This document shows, piece by piece, positions 27,120 to 38,200 of a stretch of DNA of 64,000 nt (position 1 is the stretch's first letter; every line of letters begins with the position of its first letter). Under the pieces are notes generated by a model. It saw only the letters and a list, made by a program, of their open reading frames with translations. It did not search any database and was not told the origin of the DNA. The translations under genes and the position numbers were made by a program. Source of the DNA: Blasia pusilla (taxonomy: Eukaryota); the NCBI GenBank assembly GCA_050084515.1, contig CM114271.1:44268001-44332000 (forward strand). The letters are read 5' to 3'.

Positions 27120-28589
27120 GGGCAGAAGTCGCTCATTTCCGGTTTCTCATTTCACGATCTTCATTCCTCACTCCTCACTCTCCCGCGCAGGAGCTGATCA
27201 GATACGAAGGGGCATTTCACGCGGCGACACATCGCGAGTCGATAGGAGGGAACGAGAGCGAGACGGTTCGACGGAGCGATATCGGGACGATTCGAGCTAA
27301 CCATCAAGGCGAGACGAGCTCCCATCTCGACATCAGCAAGGCGACTGATCAAGGGATTCGTCGTGGACATAGGCGGAGGCATTTCTGGCAAAAATGACGA
27401 GGAAAAAACAAAGCCAACAAGTCCGGGAGCTTCACTCCCAACTCCATTAGGACTCATGCGTCAGCTTCTCCTGCGCCTCGTTTGGCGAATGAAATTATGC
27501 AGTAGGAAATCGAGGAGCGGGAAAGGGAAGCGGAGATGCACAACCAAGTGCTTCTGGCGAGACGTGTTCAAGCGGCGCTAGATAAACAGAACGAAGAGGC
27601 CGAGACGTCGCAGGCCTTGAAGAAAAGGATCGCCGATGAAAAGAGAGAAAAGAAGCGTCTAGACGCGTCAGTGAGTAGGGCGGAATTGGCTAAAGCGAGG
27701 CGGGAAAAAGCGATAGCCATTGACGATAGCCCTGCCCGTCCAACCGCAAGTGTTGAGATGCGGGAAATGTCCCCCACGAAGTCCGGGGACACAATCAACA
27801 TAGTGGAAACAACACCAGTTCAAATCGATGACGACAAGGTCATGAGGACCGCCAGCGTGGAGATGGTGGACATGGCGGAAGAAGCCGGAGAGCGGTCATT
27901 CTCGACTCCAAGCCCGGCGGAGGACATCGACCTCTATCGGATCGAGGAGTTCCTGGATCGATTTGCCCCTGTCTCGGACAAGTTAGTGGTCAAGAAACCG
28001 ACTCCATTTTCGAAAGCGGTAAGAGAGGTTTAGGTTTTTTAATTATGTGAATTGCAATTCATTGGGATCTCGGTGTAGCTTATTCCTCTTGTCCTTTCGA
28101 CGGTGGTAAAGCCGATGGCACTCATGGAGGGCCCAACGCCCGAGGATTCCACTCTGCCGATTAAGGACAATGGAATACGTCCGCGAAATAAAATCCGACG
28201 AGGACATCGCAAAGCTAAAACAATCGGCGGTGACATCATCCTCGTGGGACAGTTTTCCTCCCTTCTATGTTCAGCCTTACGACGAGCATGGAACCCGAGC
28301 TCAGTTACCGAGGAGGACTTGGAAAATCTCGACACATTCGGAGGATGCGAGACCAGGACTTTGAAGGCAAGTTGAGGGCACGGAATTCAGCTGGATGAGA
28401 AATCTGCATTTCTTCATTTGGGATGGAAATCACAGGTTCATGGCGTGGACCAAGTTTGGGGAGGAGCGCCCCAACTCATTGGAGGCACAATTATGCGTGA
28501 AGGCAGTGGTCCTTCACCCATACCCTCATCACATGGCGACGGTGGAGATGGCAATGCATGCCATGAACACGTAAGTATCTTTAACACTT

Positions 28590-29250
28590 TCGCAACTCGT
28601 CGGACTCCGACGAGTTGCTCGATTGATGAATGGGTTAGGTTTGTTTAGGCAGAAAGCAACTCGTCGGACTCCGACGGGTTGCTAGACTGCACGGTTTTCC
28701 GGATGTTTTTTTAAGATTGACACTCGTCGGACTCTGACGACTTGTTTGATTGAACATAGATTTAACTAGTTTTTGGCCCAAAGCAAACTGTCGGAGTCCG
28801 ACGGGTTGCTCGATAGGCCGCCTTGTGAGGTTGTTTTTTTAAGAAGATTGCAACTCGTCGGACTCCGACGACTTGTATGATTGAACATAGATTTAACTAG
28901 TTGCTGGCCCAAAGCAAGCCGTCGGAGTCCGACGGGTTGCTTTGGGGCAAAAACCTTCTAAACATGTAGTCACTCGAGCAACTTGTCGGAGTCCGACGAG
29001 TTGCATTCTTAAAAAAACAACCTCACAAGGTGGCCTATCGAGCAACCCGTTGGACTCCGACGGTTTGCTTTGGGCAGCAACAACTAGTTAAATCTATGTT
29101 CAATCATACAAGTCGTCGGAGTCCGGCGAGTTGCAATCTTAAAAAACATCCGAAAAAGCGTCGATCCAACAACCCGTCGGAGTCCGACGAGTTGCTTACC
29201 TGGCATTAGCAAATCTGAATGCAACCCGTCAGACTCCGACGGGTTGCGTC
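28590..29250. repeat. Intronic palindrome array forming a long fold-back
   Basis: About 12 palindrome copies. Spacers are also inverted duplicates: 28802-28840 vs 29011-29049, and 28860-28902 vs ~29083-29125. Confidence 0.9.
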
Positions 29251-31429
29251 ATTTAGCTTGTTGCTAGAATCCGACCCTGAAGCATGGCGACCGTCGAGTC
29301 CGGCGGGTTTGCGAGGAACCCATGTAATTTCGACGGGTTGAGTTTGGATGTGCGAGATTGTATCGGAGGGAATGTCACCCACCATTGGATCGGATGCGAT
29401 CGGGTGAGGAAGGTGCTTACGACGCACCCGTGAGAGTACAGGGGGTTCTTGGGCGATGCCCTCGTCAATAAGATGCTTGCAAAGGGTGCTCAGATTAAGA
29501 AGAAAACTTGGGCAAACAAGTCTATTTCTCAAGATGCAGCCGTAACCATCCTTTGGTGGTCGAAGATACAGGCCGTGAAGAAAAGCGCCGACCGAGTGGA
29601 GCGGAGGGAGAAGGTATCTCGCCTCAGAGCGCCAAATTCATCAAGCTCCAGATCTCTGCAACGAAATACACGGCGAGCAAGATGCAGCGATACATCAACA
29701 TTCTCAACCCCGAACTTGGTCCGAAGTTCTACCAGGAGCTCAAGGCGATTATCAAGCATCAGCGGAAGAGGGATGAAGATCCGCATGGTCGGATTGGGGA
29801 GAAGTGTGTCGGATCGCGTGCATCGTTTTGCGTTATCCGGGATTAGCGAGTTCAGGAGGATACGATCGATGAAAATCGATCTCGAGGGCTTAGAGGCCCG
29901 GAAGAGGGCGGCACACCATCCTCGGGTGTGTCCGATCCGATGATCTCGCATTGGCTACGCGAATGGGCATTATGGGACGCGTTGCGGGTAATCGGGAAGT
30001 CCGTGCTGGACGGTCTGCAAGCGGAGCTCAGAAGATTAGAGCCCATTCCGCCAGAAGCAAACCTTGAAAGTTCTGGAGATTACGAGGTTTGGCTCGACGA
30101 CATCCGGGACAAGCCAACCAAGAACCCTCGATTCAAGACCATGTTCAAGGTTTGCGTCCTCCCTCGTGAGCTTGACGAAGAAGTAGAGGGTAACAAACGG
30201 GATCAAGCGAAGAAGAAGCGAGATCTGACAGAAGCAGACGGCCGATAATGTTCGACTAAAAGCGCCCAACGGATGGTATTCGGTACCTCGTCGGTGTAAG
30301 AACGCAGTGCGTGGGGAAAATTACCGGTAGCCTTGAAATTGTGGGCTTTACCGCCGGATGCAGAGACATTCTCCATGTACGACGTGGAGATGGGTCAGCA
30401 CATGTCGGATTGGAAGGTGGAGAATTGCCCCATTTGGCTCGACTTCAAGCGACCACTGAAGACATCACGGATAAGGACTTACGAGTGCTTCATGATGCAG
30501 TGGCCTTAGGACAAGACGACATCCCCAATTTTGTCGGCTGAAGACTTCTTCGGAGGAGATGCGAGAAGAGCAAGCCCACGAGACAGTTGAGTTGGCTTCC
30601 AAGGTCCGGACAGACCAAAGACAAATCCACAAATGGGTCTCTAAGGCAAGCGAGGAAGGGAAAAATTCAGAGGCCGAGACTTCCCAAAGAGAGCCTGAAG
30701 ATGAGAGGCCGGAGAGGCGGAATCGTCCGGACGAGCAGGAGAGAGGGTCGGACTAGGTCTCGGCCAAGAAAACGCCACGAATCCGAGGTCATAGAAACCC
30801 GACAAGCCGTCCCGGACTAGGGAGAAGCGGAAGCGAGAGGTGCCGGGTTGTCCCAAGGAGAATACAGACCCATCATCCTTGGGAAGACACAGACAAACAA
30901 CGACCGGACAAGCGTCCTCCTTGATTCACCTCTTTCTTGGATGAGTGAACGGCTTGATTCTCAAGCGTCAGCGCCATCGAAAAAATTGACAACGCTGGGA
31001 CGGAAGCTCCAACGAAATGGGCACGCTGCCTGGGCGGTGAATGGAGTGGTGGAAGAGGTTGCGGTGGATCTCTTGATCGCCGATCTGCCCCTGGTGGTTG
31101 CGACTTTGGGGCGAAAATCCGGCGGACGAGGTACCTGAGTGGAATGCCGCTCACTTATGACCGATTGCACTTTTGTTCTCCTTTGCGACGCCTATCGAGT
31201 GGCAGGGTCGCTTCTTGGTGTTGATTTGGAGGGAGCGAGGACGAGCTCTTCAACCTCCGGTCGTCAAGAGGTCGCTAAAGTGGAGGACGGCACAATCATG
31301 GATCATAAAAACGAGTACCCACTCCGATCCGCAACGAAGTCGATTTGGGTAAGGCTCAATTCTGTACAATAATTTCAATTATCTTATAATGATGTGTAGA
31401 ATGAGAGTCGATGCCTGGGTTTTTTCCGC

Positions 31430-31795
31430 GAGCAACCCGTCGGAAGGCGACGGGTTCTTGGCTTAGAGCAGCCCATGCTCGGCTGAGAGCAACCCGTCGG
31501 TTTCCGACGGGTTGCATCTTTCCCACATACACAGGGAAAACCGCGGTGTACTTGCAACGGTTCCGGCGGGTTGCGGTTGATTTTGGTTTTGGATGCAACC
31601 CGTCTAATAGCGGCGGGTTGCTATCGACGGTTGCTCAGGCGAGCATGGGCTGGTCTGAGGCAAAGCAACCCGTCGCCTTCCGACGGGTTGCATCCGAAAA
31701 CCAAAATCAACTTGGAAAACCCAAAAGCAACTGCAATCCGTCGGGTTCCGACAGGTGGGTCTGGGACAAAACAACCCGTCTGACTCCGACATGTT
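31430..31795. repeat. 27-bp palindrome cluster in the last intron of the cargo gene
   Basis: About 7 variants between the GT donor at 31349 and the exon resuming at ~31871. Confidence 0.85.
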
Positions 31796-34255
31796 GATCC
31801 AAAGTCAGTTATTGAAAATCTTCTCAAGGCGACTTCTTTAGTTTCTGACATTGTTTCGTCTTTGATTCTGGATGGACCACTCCTACGTGTACTGCTTCGT
31901 TCGGCCCGAGCACAATTTCCAAGTGTTCAAGATCTAGGATCCTTTGGATCCATGCTCAGATAGGTACAGCTTAGATAGTTTGTACAATTCCCCCCCGGGA
32001 ATTTACATGCAAGACAGTACCCCGCTTCTGGGAGGAAGGGAAAAGTCGCCAGCCTTGATGCAAACGCTCATCGAGCTCTGCTCAAGGCCGGGTGACTTGG
32101 TGTTCGACTTAGTGGTCCTTTCAGGGGCGAGTATCGAGGCGCTGGCGAGTGGCAGGAACATTCTCGCCTCGAGGAAGGCAGAAGCTGTTTGACCTTTGCA
32201 AGGAGGCAAAGCGTAGAATCTGAAAGGCTCGTTGGGGCGTACAACTCTCCCACGGCCGAGAGCTCGGTTCGAGCCACCCTTGGTAGTGACTCCATCGTCA
32301 CTTCCAACGATTCCCAAAATCGGGAGGGCAAGGCCGAAAGTGATTTTGCAAGAGCTCTCAGACGATGACGAGTGAGTTCAAAGAACTCAAGGACCCAGCT
32401 TGACTGCAGCGTTTGGAGTAGGGAGTTTTTTGATAATTTGGCAAAAGATTTCATAGAATAGATCAAATGTACAGTTCCGAGCTTTTTTCGGATGATATAA
32501 AGCAGAAGATTTTTTCGATCGATGGTGGTGCTTGTAAATGTTTGGTGATCATTTTGTCTTTTCGAATGTGATCGTCTATGTACTCCACGGTCTTCTACTT
32601 TGCAACCCGTCAGATTTCTCCTGCTTGCAATTTTCACTTTATGACCATTGCAACCCGTCGGATTTCTCCTCCTTGCAACTTTTTGCTTTTGACCATGGAC
32701 CCTTTTACCACCTCCAGGTAACGTGTCGATTCCGACAGGTTGCACGATCGGACCCTTTCGGATCGGCGATCTGGCGGGCTTCTTCCTGGCACCCTCCCCT
32801 CAACTCGTAAAAAGGCGGCGTGGCGTCTTTTCTTCTCTCTCAGGCGTGTTGGATTCCTTCTACCTGTGCGGTTGCCATAGTGGTATTACCGGGGACGGAG
32901 GAGATATTGATACTGGATGGGTGTCACATTGCAGAGCGTACAAGGTATACTGCCGAGGAAGGCGGTGGGACTCGAGAAAGGTTACTTGGGACCGTTATGG
33001 TGTACCTAGGGGGGGCCAAGGCTCTCGAATTCGCCAACATTTTCGATCCCCGTCTACAACCGGCCAGAGGAGCCACTTGAATCCCAGGACATTCCTTTGG
33101 TACTGTCACCGAGGAGAGTTAGGAGTAAATTTGTAGATGACGAGGCTGAAGAAATCATAGACTAGGTTCAATGTACATTTCGGAGGTTCCTTAGGAGGTA
33201 ATAAAGGACGAGATTTTTTGAACCCATAATGGTGTTTGTAAAAGTTTTCTGGAATATGTTTTGGGACTTGTGGAGATGGTGCAAGAGAAAGGCCTAGGAG
33301 CAGGTTGTCCAAGAACAAGTCAAGAAGATTGTACAAGGTGATAATGCAGCCAAGTCACTCCATTGACCTCAAGCCTAGAGGAGACAAGGGAGATGGTGTA
33401 GGCACTAGGGAGTCTCAGGGTATCCAATGAAGGAGATAGAGTGCTTGATTCTTTGTTGTAGAGGAGGGTTTGAACCAAGGGGTGGATCTGATTGTTAGGG
33501 CCAAGAAATGAAGAATAAGGGGCTAAGAAGAGGTCAATGGAGGCTGAGCTCAAATGCTTGGACTCTTGTGGGCTAGAAGATTCCTCATGGAAGCCTAGAG
33601 GACCTCATTTGAAGGCCATAAAGCTTGAGAATCCAAGGGAGAGATCTATGGAGTTGAGAGGATCAAGGAGTGATTTTTGGAAGATTTGTGCGAGGTGGAG
33701 CTAAGTGGAGGTGTGAAGGCGAGGGCGGGGCTCGAAACAGATTGAGAAGAAGCAAGCATGGGAAGAATATAGAGGTAGATCTCACCTTCAAGCATGTCCA
33801 AGAGACAGTCGAGCCTATGCCATCAATGTTGCTCAAGAGGCTTTAGTTAGGGCAGGTTGAAGTAGATGAGGTAGAAATTTGGTCAAGTAGATGCCTTGGA
33901 GTAGATGATTAGGGTTGGCATCCGGGTGGTCCTCCAACAAAAATACCAAGGGCACTGCTTTTTGTTGACCGAGATGAGGAGATGTTAAGAAACTTAGGCT
34001 CACATGGAGAGTGATGGAAAAATGTTTGTAGTGGTCTTATGATGTCTACTTTTTTTTCGCCCCAAGGAAAAAGGAGGTTTTTTTAGGGCCAAATGTGGAC
34101 CACAACCTACTCTCTTCTAAAGATTTAATGGATTTGAAAGCAAACAGAAATTTCAAATATGTCATAAAGTTTTGAAGAGAGGAGGCGGATTTGGCCCTTT
34201 TTTTTTGAAGAGAGACTCTCCTCTCTTACTCTCTCCTGCCAGAATACCAGCCCCC

Positions 34256-35230
34256 GACGATGGATGTGTCCCAGATGTACATAGAGTAGGTAGTTCTTCA
34301 TTCTAACTTGTATCTTTGACATGGATGACAAGAAGGCAACTTACGATGGGGCCATATGAGCACCTGGCCTTCTTGCTCTTAACGTCGAGAGATGTATCTC
34401 ATAGTAGGTAGGGATAGATGGCTATCTGGAGTTGGAGGGACCTAACCACTAGCTAGGGGGGCGATTGGAGATATTTTGGTACTTCTTGTCTCGTTGTTTG
34501 GATGCCATGAGTTAGCATGGGATCGTGCGTGTTTGTGTGTGTGTTCGGTGACAACGATGTATGTTGTGTAGCGATGTGAATGCGCACGAAGATTTTCACG
34601 TCTTTTAGGATATATCGGTGAGATCTAGTAGAGCGCCTTCGTGAGAAGTGGTGGACAGGCTCAGTTGGTCGAGGATGACCTGCTAAGGCCCCGGAAGCCT
34701 CAGCAGGTCATCGTTTCGGCTCATTTGGAGCCATATTTAGGAACTTAATATTTTAGATAAGTATCATTTTGAGTATATGATCCACTTTCTATTTTTGGTA
34801 AATGATCCTTGACCTTCTACATCAGGTCAAGAGCCAAAGAGGTGACTTGGGAGCATAGGTTACCATGGAGAGAGCTTGGGAGAGGGGAGGGGTCCCAAGC
34901 TCAAGGAGAGAGAGCTTGAGAGCTCATTCTCTCTTTGTTGAACCTCTTGGCATGAGGCGGCAGAGCTATGGTCTTGCTTGTCTTGTGTGTGTAATCCAAT
35001 CCTCTCATTAGGAGAGTGGGTTTGGGTTTGACATTGAGAGACACATGTGAGAATGCACACATGTGAGAACTATAGTGTTGTGAGAGAGATTTGATCTTTT
35101 TTATTGGAGATATTCTGGTAATTCTTGTCTCGTTCTTTGGATGCCATGAGTTAGCATCGCATCATGCGTGTTTGTGTGTGTGTTCGATGACAGCGATGTA
35201 TGTTGTGTAGCGATGTGTATGCGCACGACA
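34256..35230 (+). mobile_element. Gypsy-type DNMT retroelement copy 3 (end of PHD, 3' UTR and B1-A2-B2 end)
   Basis: RWMCPRCT-stop, purine tract aggggggcg, B1 34464-34591, A ~34594-35102, B2 35103-35230 ending ...cgaCA. Confidence 0.9.
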
Positions 35231-38200
35231 ACTACGTAGCCGTTGACGTTGCTTGTGTTGCCGTCTATGTCCTCCACAACTTTCGTCCATCGATGCCGTC
35301 CGTCCGGATCCGTGGACGGCTACCTAGTGCCATTCTTGCACCATAAAAAATAGGATGGTGGATGTTGTGGACCGCTGATTTTGCGATCTTTACCCTGGCC
35401 GCTGGTGTCACATTGGAGGAGTCCAACAACGATGTGACTGGGAGTACTATCCCGGAGGCTAGGTGATTTGTTGGATTGATGGGGTCCGAGTGTTCTTGTC
35501 ACTTTGCTATGTTGTGAGTTGGTAGCCGCTCGAGGACGTTTGAGTACCATACGGTGATGCCAATAGCAGCAACGCGCCGCCAATTACCGCGTTGTGCTGC
35601 TCGTGGCCGTATCGCACCGTCTCGATCATAGATCCGCACCATCATTGGAGCAGAGGGTGTTTTGCTATTGAGGAGGGTATGTTTTTGAGTGCGACACCTC
35701 ATTACCAAATGCTGTGTCGGTTGTAGCCGTTCCGTGCCGCCAGTGCCGCACCTTACCGCTGGACCCGCACCGCACATCGAGGAGTATTGAGCATCGTTTG
35801 TACCAGAGGAGTACGACTTGCTGATTGGAGGAGTGTTTCTTCATGATTGAGTTGGGATCAAGGTTTGCAATTGCTGAGGAGCGATCAATATTTGTTCGGG
35901 TTACCCATTCTAGTCTTTTGCCCTGCACGTGTTGGGGAATTTTTGGGTATTGGGTGGTTATTTGGGGATATTGGGTTCCGTGTGGATGTTGAGACGTGTG
36001 TGGGATGTCGAGAGTTGAGGGTATGTTCTGTCGATGAGATGATAGGACAATAGCCAATTTTCCGCACCACGCCGCTTGTTACCGTAGAGCACACATCTTA
36101 GTGAGAGAGTGAAGATTGGGTGCCCCATGTTAGATTGAGTGATTGAGTGATTCCTTGCAAGGTTGGGAGTGATTTCGTAAGAGGGGTATGAGGGTCATCA
36201 CAGCATCCTTTTGGGACTTTGAGAGGCGAGGTGGTGGACCTGAGAGTAGCTCTAGAGGGTTTACTCGGAGTGGTGCGAGGTTTCGAGGGTCTCCACGTGA
36301 GGGACTATCACGATCTCCTTCTATGTCATATTCAGATGAGGGAGAGAGTATAGAGGAGTTTGGAAGTGCATCACCGCATATATTGAGTGGTCCTACCACT
36401 TGGGCATACGAGATGGACGACTGGGATAAAGGATCGCACAGGTTTTCAGGTGCTATAGGCACTATAGAGCTACACAACTTCATTGCAGATTTAAGGAACT
36501 CTAGAGAGTTCAACCCATTCAGAGCATGGAACGGTATGATCTAGCATTTAGAGGGGGTGCCCACGGACGACTACCATGAGTTATCCCACAGATATGCCTA
36601 GGAGATCAAGGCATGGCGACTCTACTATGGTCCAGATTATGTGTCATGGACTGAACCATTTCCCAATGAGGAGGAGAAGTCAAGAGGGACCTCTTCCTCT
36701 TCCGCGAGAGATGTTTTAGCAGGGGTAATACTTAACTTGTAGTGGAGCATTTGCACCGTCCAGTCGGGTTTGTCCTAGGTTCAACCCCGTGGTTGAGTTC
36801 TTTGTTGAGTTGCGTACGAGCTACGAGCGGGTACAAACGGAGAAGTTGCGGAGCATCCCGACTTCCAGAGGCGCCGGGTGAGAGTTTGCATGAGGGCTAT
36901 CCCCGCTTGCGCCGGTTGATTAACGTCACTCAGGGGGTGATAGAGGCTCAGGCTATTCAGTCATGATACACAATGCTGGATCGGACCATGCAGACACAGA
37001 TGCGGGAGGGGGTGCTTCTTATGAACACCTCACCCACGTTGAGAGATATTTTTAGGACCGTCGAGAACATTGAGCGCAACATGGTGGAGGAGAGCATAGC
37101 CACCAGGAGTTCTGGGCGAGAGCAGCCAAGAGTATCTCCACCACCAATATAGGAATGTGGATTCCGAGAGAGGATTGTGGCACCACGATCACATGGAGGT
37201 TATGGAGAGCCTATGCCACAAAGACCCATGCCATTATATGTGACAGAACAGCAACCGATAGGTATTATTTGTTGGGCATGTGGTGGATCCCATCACCAGC
37301 CCGATTGCACTCGTCAAGGTCATGGACGTGTGCCTCATCATGGAGGAGGGGATGGTGCTACACCAGGAGGATATGAGTGTGACTATTGTCAGAGGTATGG
37401 TCACACACGCTTCATGTGTTTTAGCCTTCATCCAGAGTTACGTCCAGACCAAGGGCCAGAGAGGGCACCAGAGCGAGTAGCTGGTCGAGGTGGGCGTAGA
37501 AGTCGTGCATCAGGTGGTTCCGTTGGGGGACCAGGAGCTGGAGTTTCCCGAGGGGGTGGTGGAGTTTCCCACGGAGGAGGTAGAGTTCCACCACCTAGAC
37601 GCGTCCAGGGAGAGGTTGAGCGTGAGTCTGGGATGGCTACTTAGGTACAACAACTATAGCAGCACATTGCCGCTATGGCATTGAGGTTACCCGATGCCAC
37701 ATGCGTGGCATCGGCATCTTATGGAGGATCCTGGTTGGATGTGCAGGGTTGCCCATATGGAGACCGTTGCTCTTGTTACACGTGGAGCCATTGTAGAGTT
37801 GGATCCACAACGAGGGGAAGCCAGGAAACAGACCAGGCTTCCTGAGTCTTTCAAATTGTCCGAGGCGATGAGGACCCAATTGATGGGTCCTGATGAGAGT
37901 TGGTGATGTAGTTGGTGTGTAGGCACGGAGAGCAATGGGAGAAGAGAGTGCAACAACTCCTATTGCTGATGCTCAAAAGGATCATGTGTCGAGCATGTTG
38001 TTGGGGGCGACCACGATGGTGTACCGTGCTCCTTTATTTTTTGCTTCCGATGTTATGACGTTGGGAGGTACGCTTGTCAAGGTTTTCCGGCTGGCCGCTA
38101 CGCTATGTGAGCAAGGAGTTGGTGTTTTTGTGTCATACTTAGGGGTGATTGCAGAGGAGATGAAGGACCTGCCCCTGGAGCCTATGCTCGGGCCGTCCAT

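Larger units (their letters stand above)
27394..32375 (+). pseudogene. Spliced cargo gene: ParB-like + N4C/N6A methyltransferase-like (copy 2)
   Basis: Homologous to copy 1 throughout: DGNHR at ~28422-28436, VDLLIADLP at ~31063-31090, EKSPALMQTLIELCSRPGDLVFDL..SGAS at ~32040-32135. GT donors at 28019, 28571 and 31349. Ends ...LSDDDE-stop in both copies. Confidence 0.75.
21837..34255. mobile_element. Mutator-like (MULE) DNA transposon copy 2, ~12.4 kb: transposase + divergent ParB/MTase cargo gene
   Basis: Retroelement sequence stops abruptly at 21836 and resumes at 34256. The right terminus is the same as in copy 1. The left end has only a weak inverted match (gaggtgcggta vs gggggctggta) plus GAGAG-rich subterminal tracts. 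No TSD. Confidence 0.8.

Noticed and set aside
28590-29250. CRISPR array (palindromic repeats with short spacers; also 13800-14500 and 31430-31795)
   Set aside because: Spacers are irregular in length and duplicate each other, the repeats sit in spliceosomal introns of a eukaryotic transposon, and there is no cas gene or leader.
21827-34265. Target-site duplication for the MULE
   Set aside because: The flanks (caaccaggat / gacgatggat) do not match and come from different parts and orientations of the retroelement.
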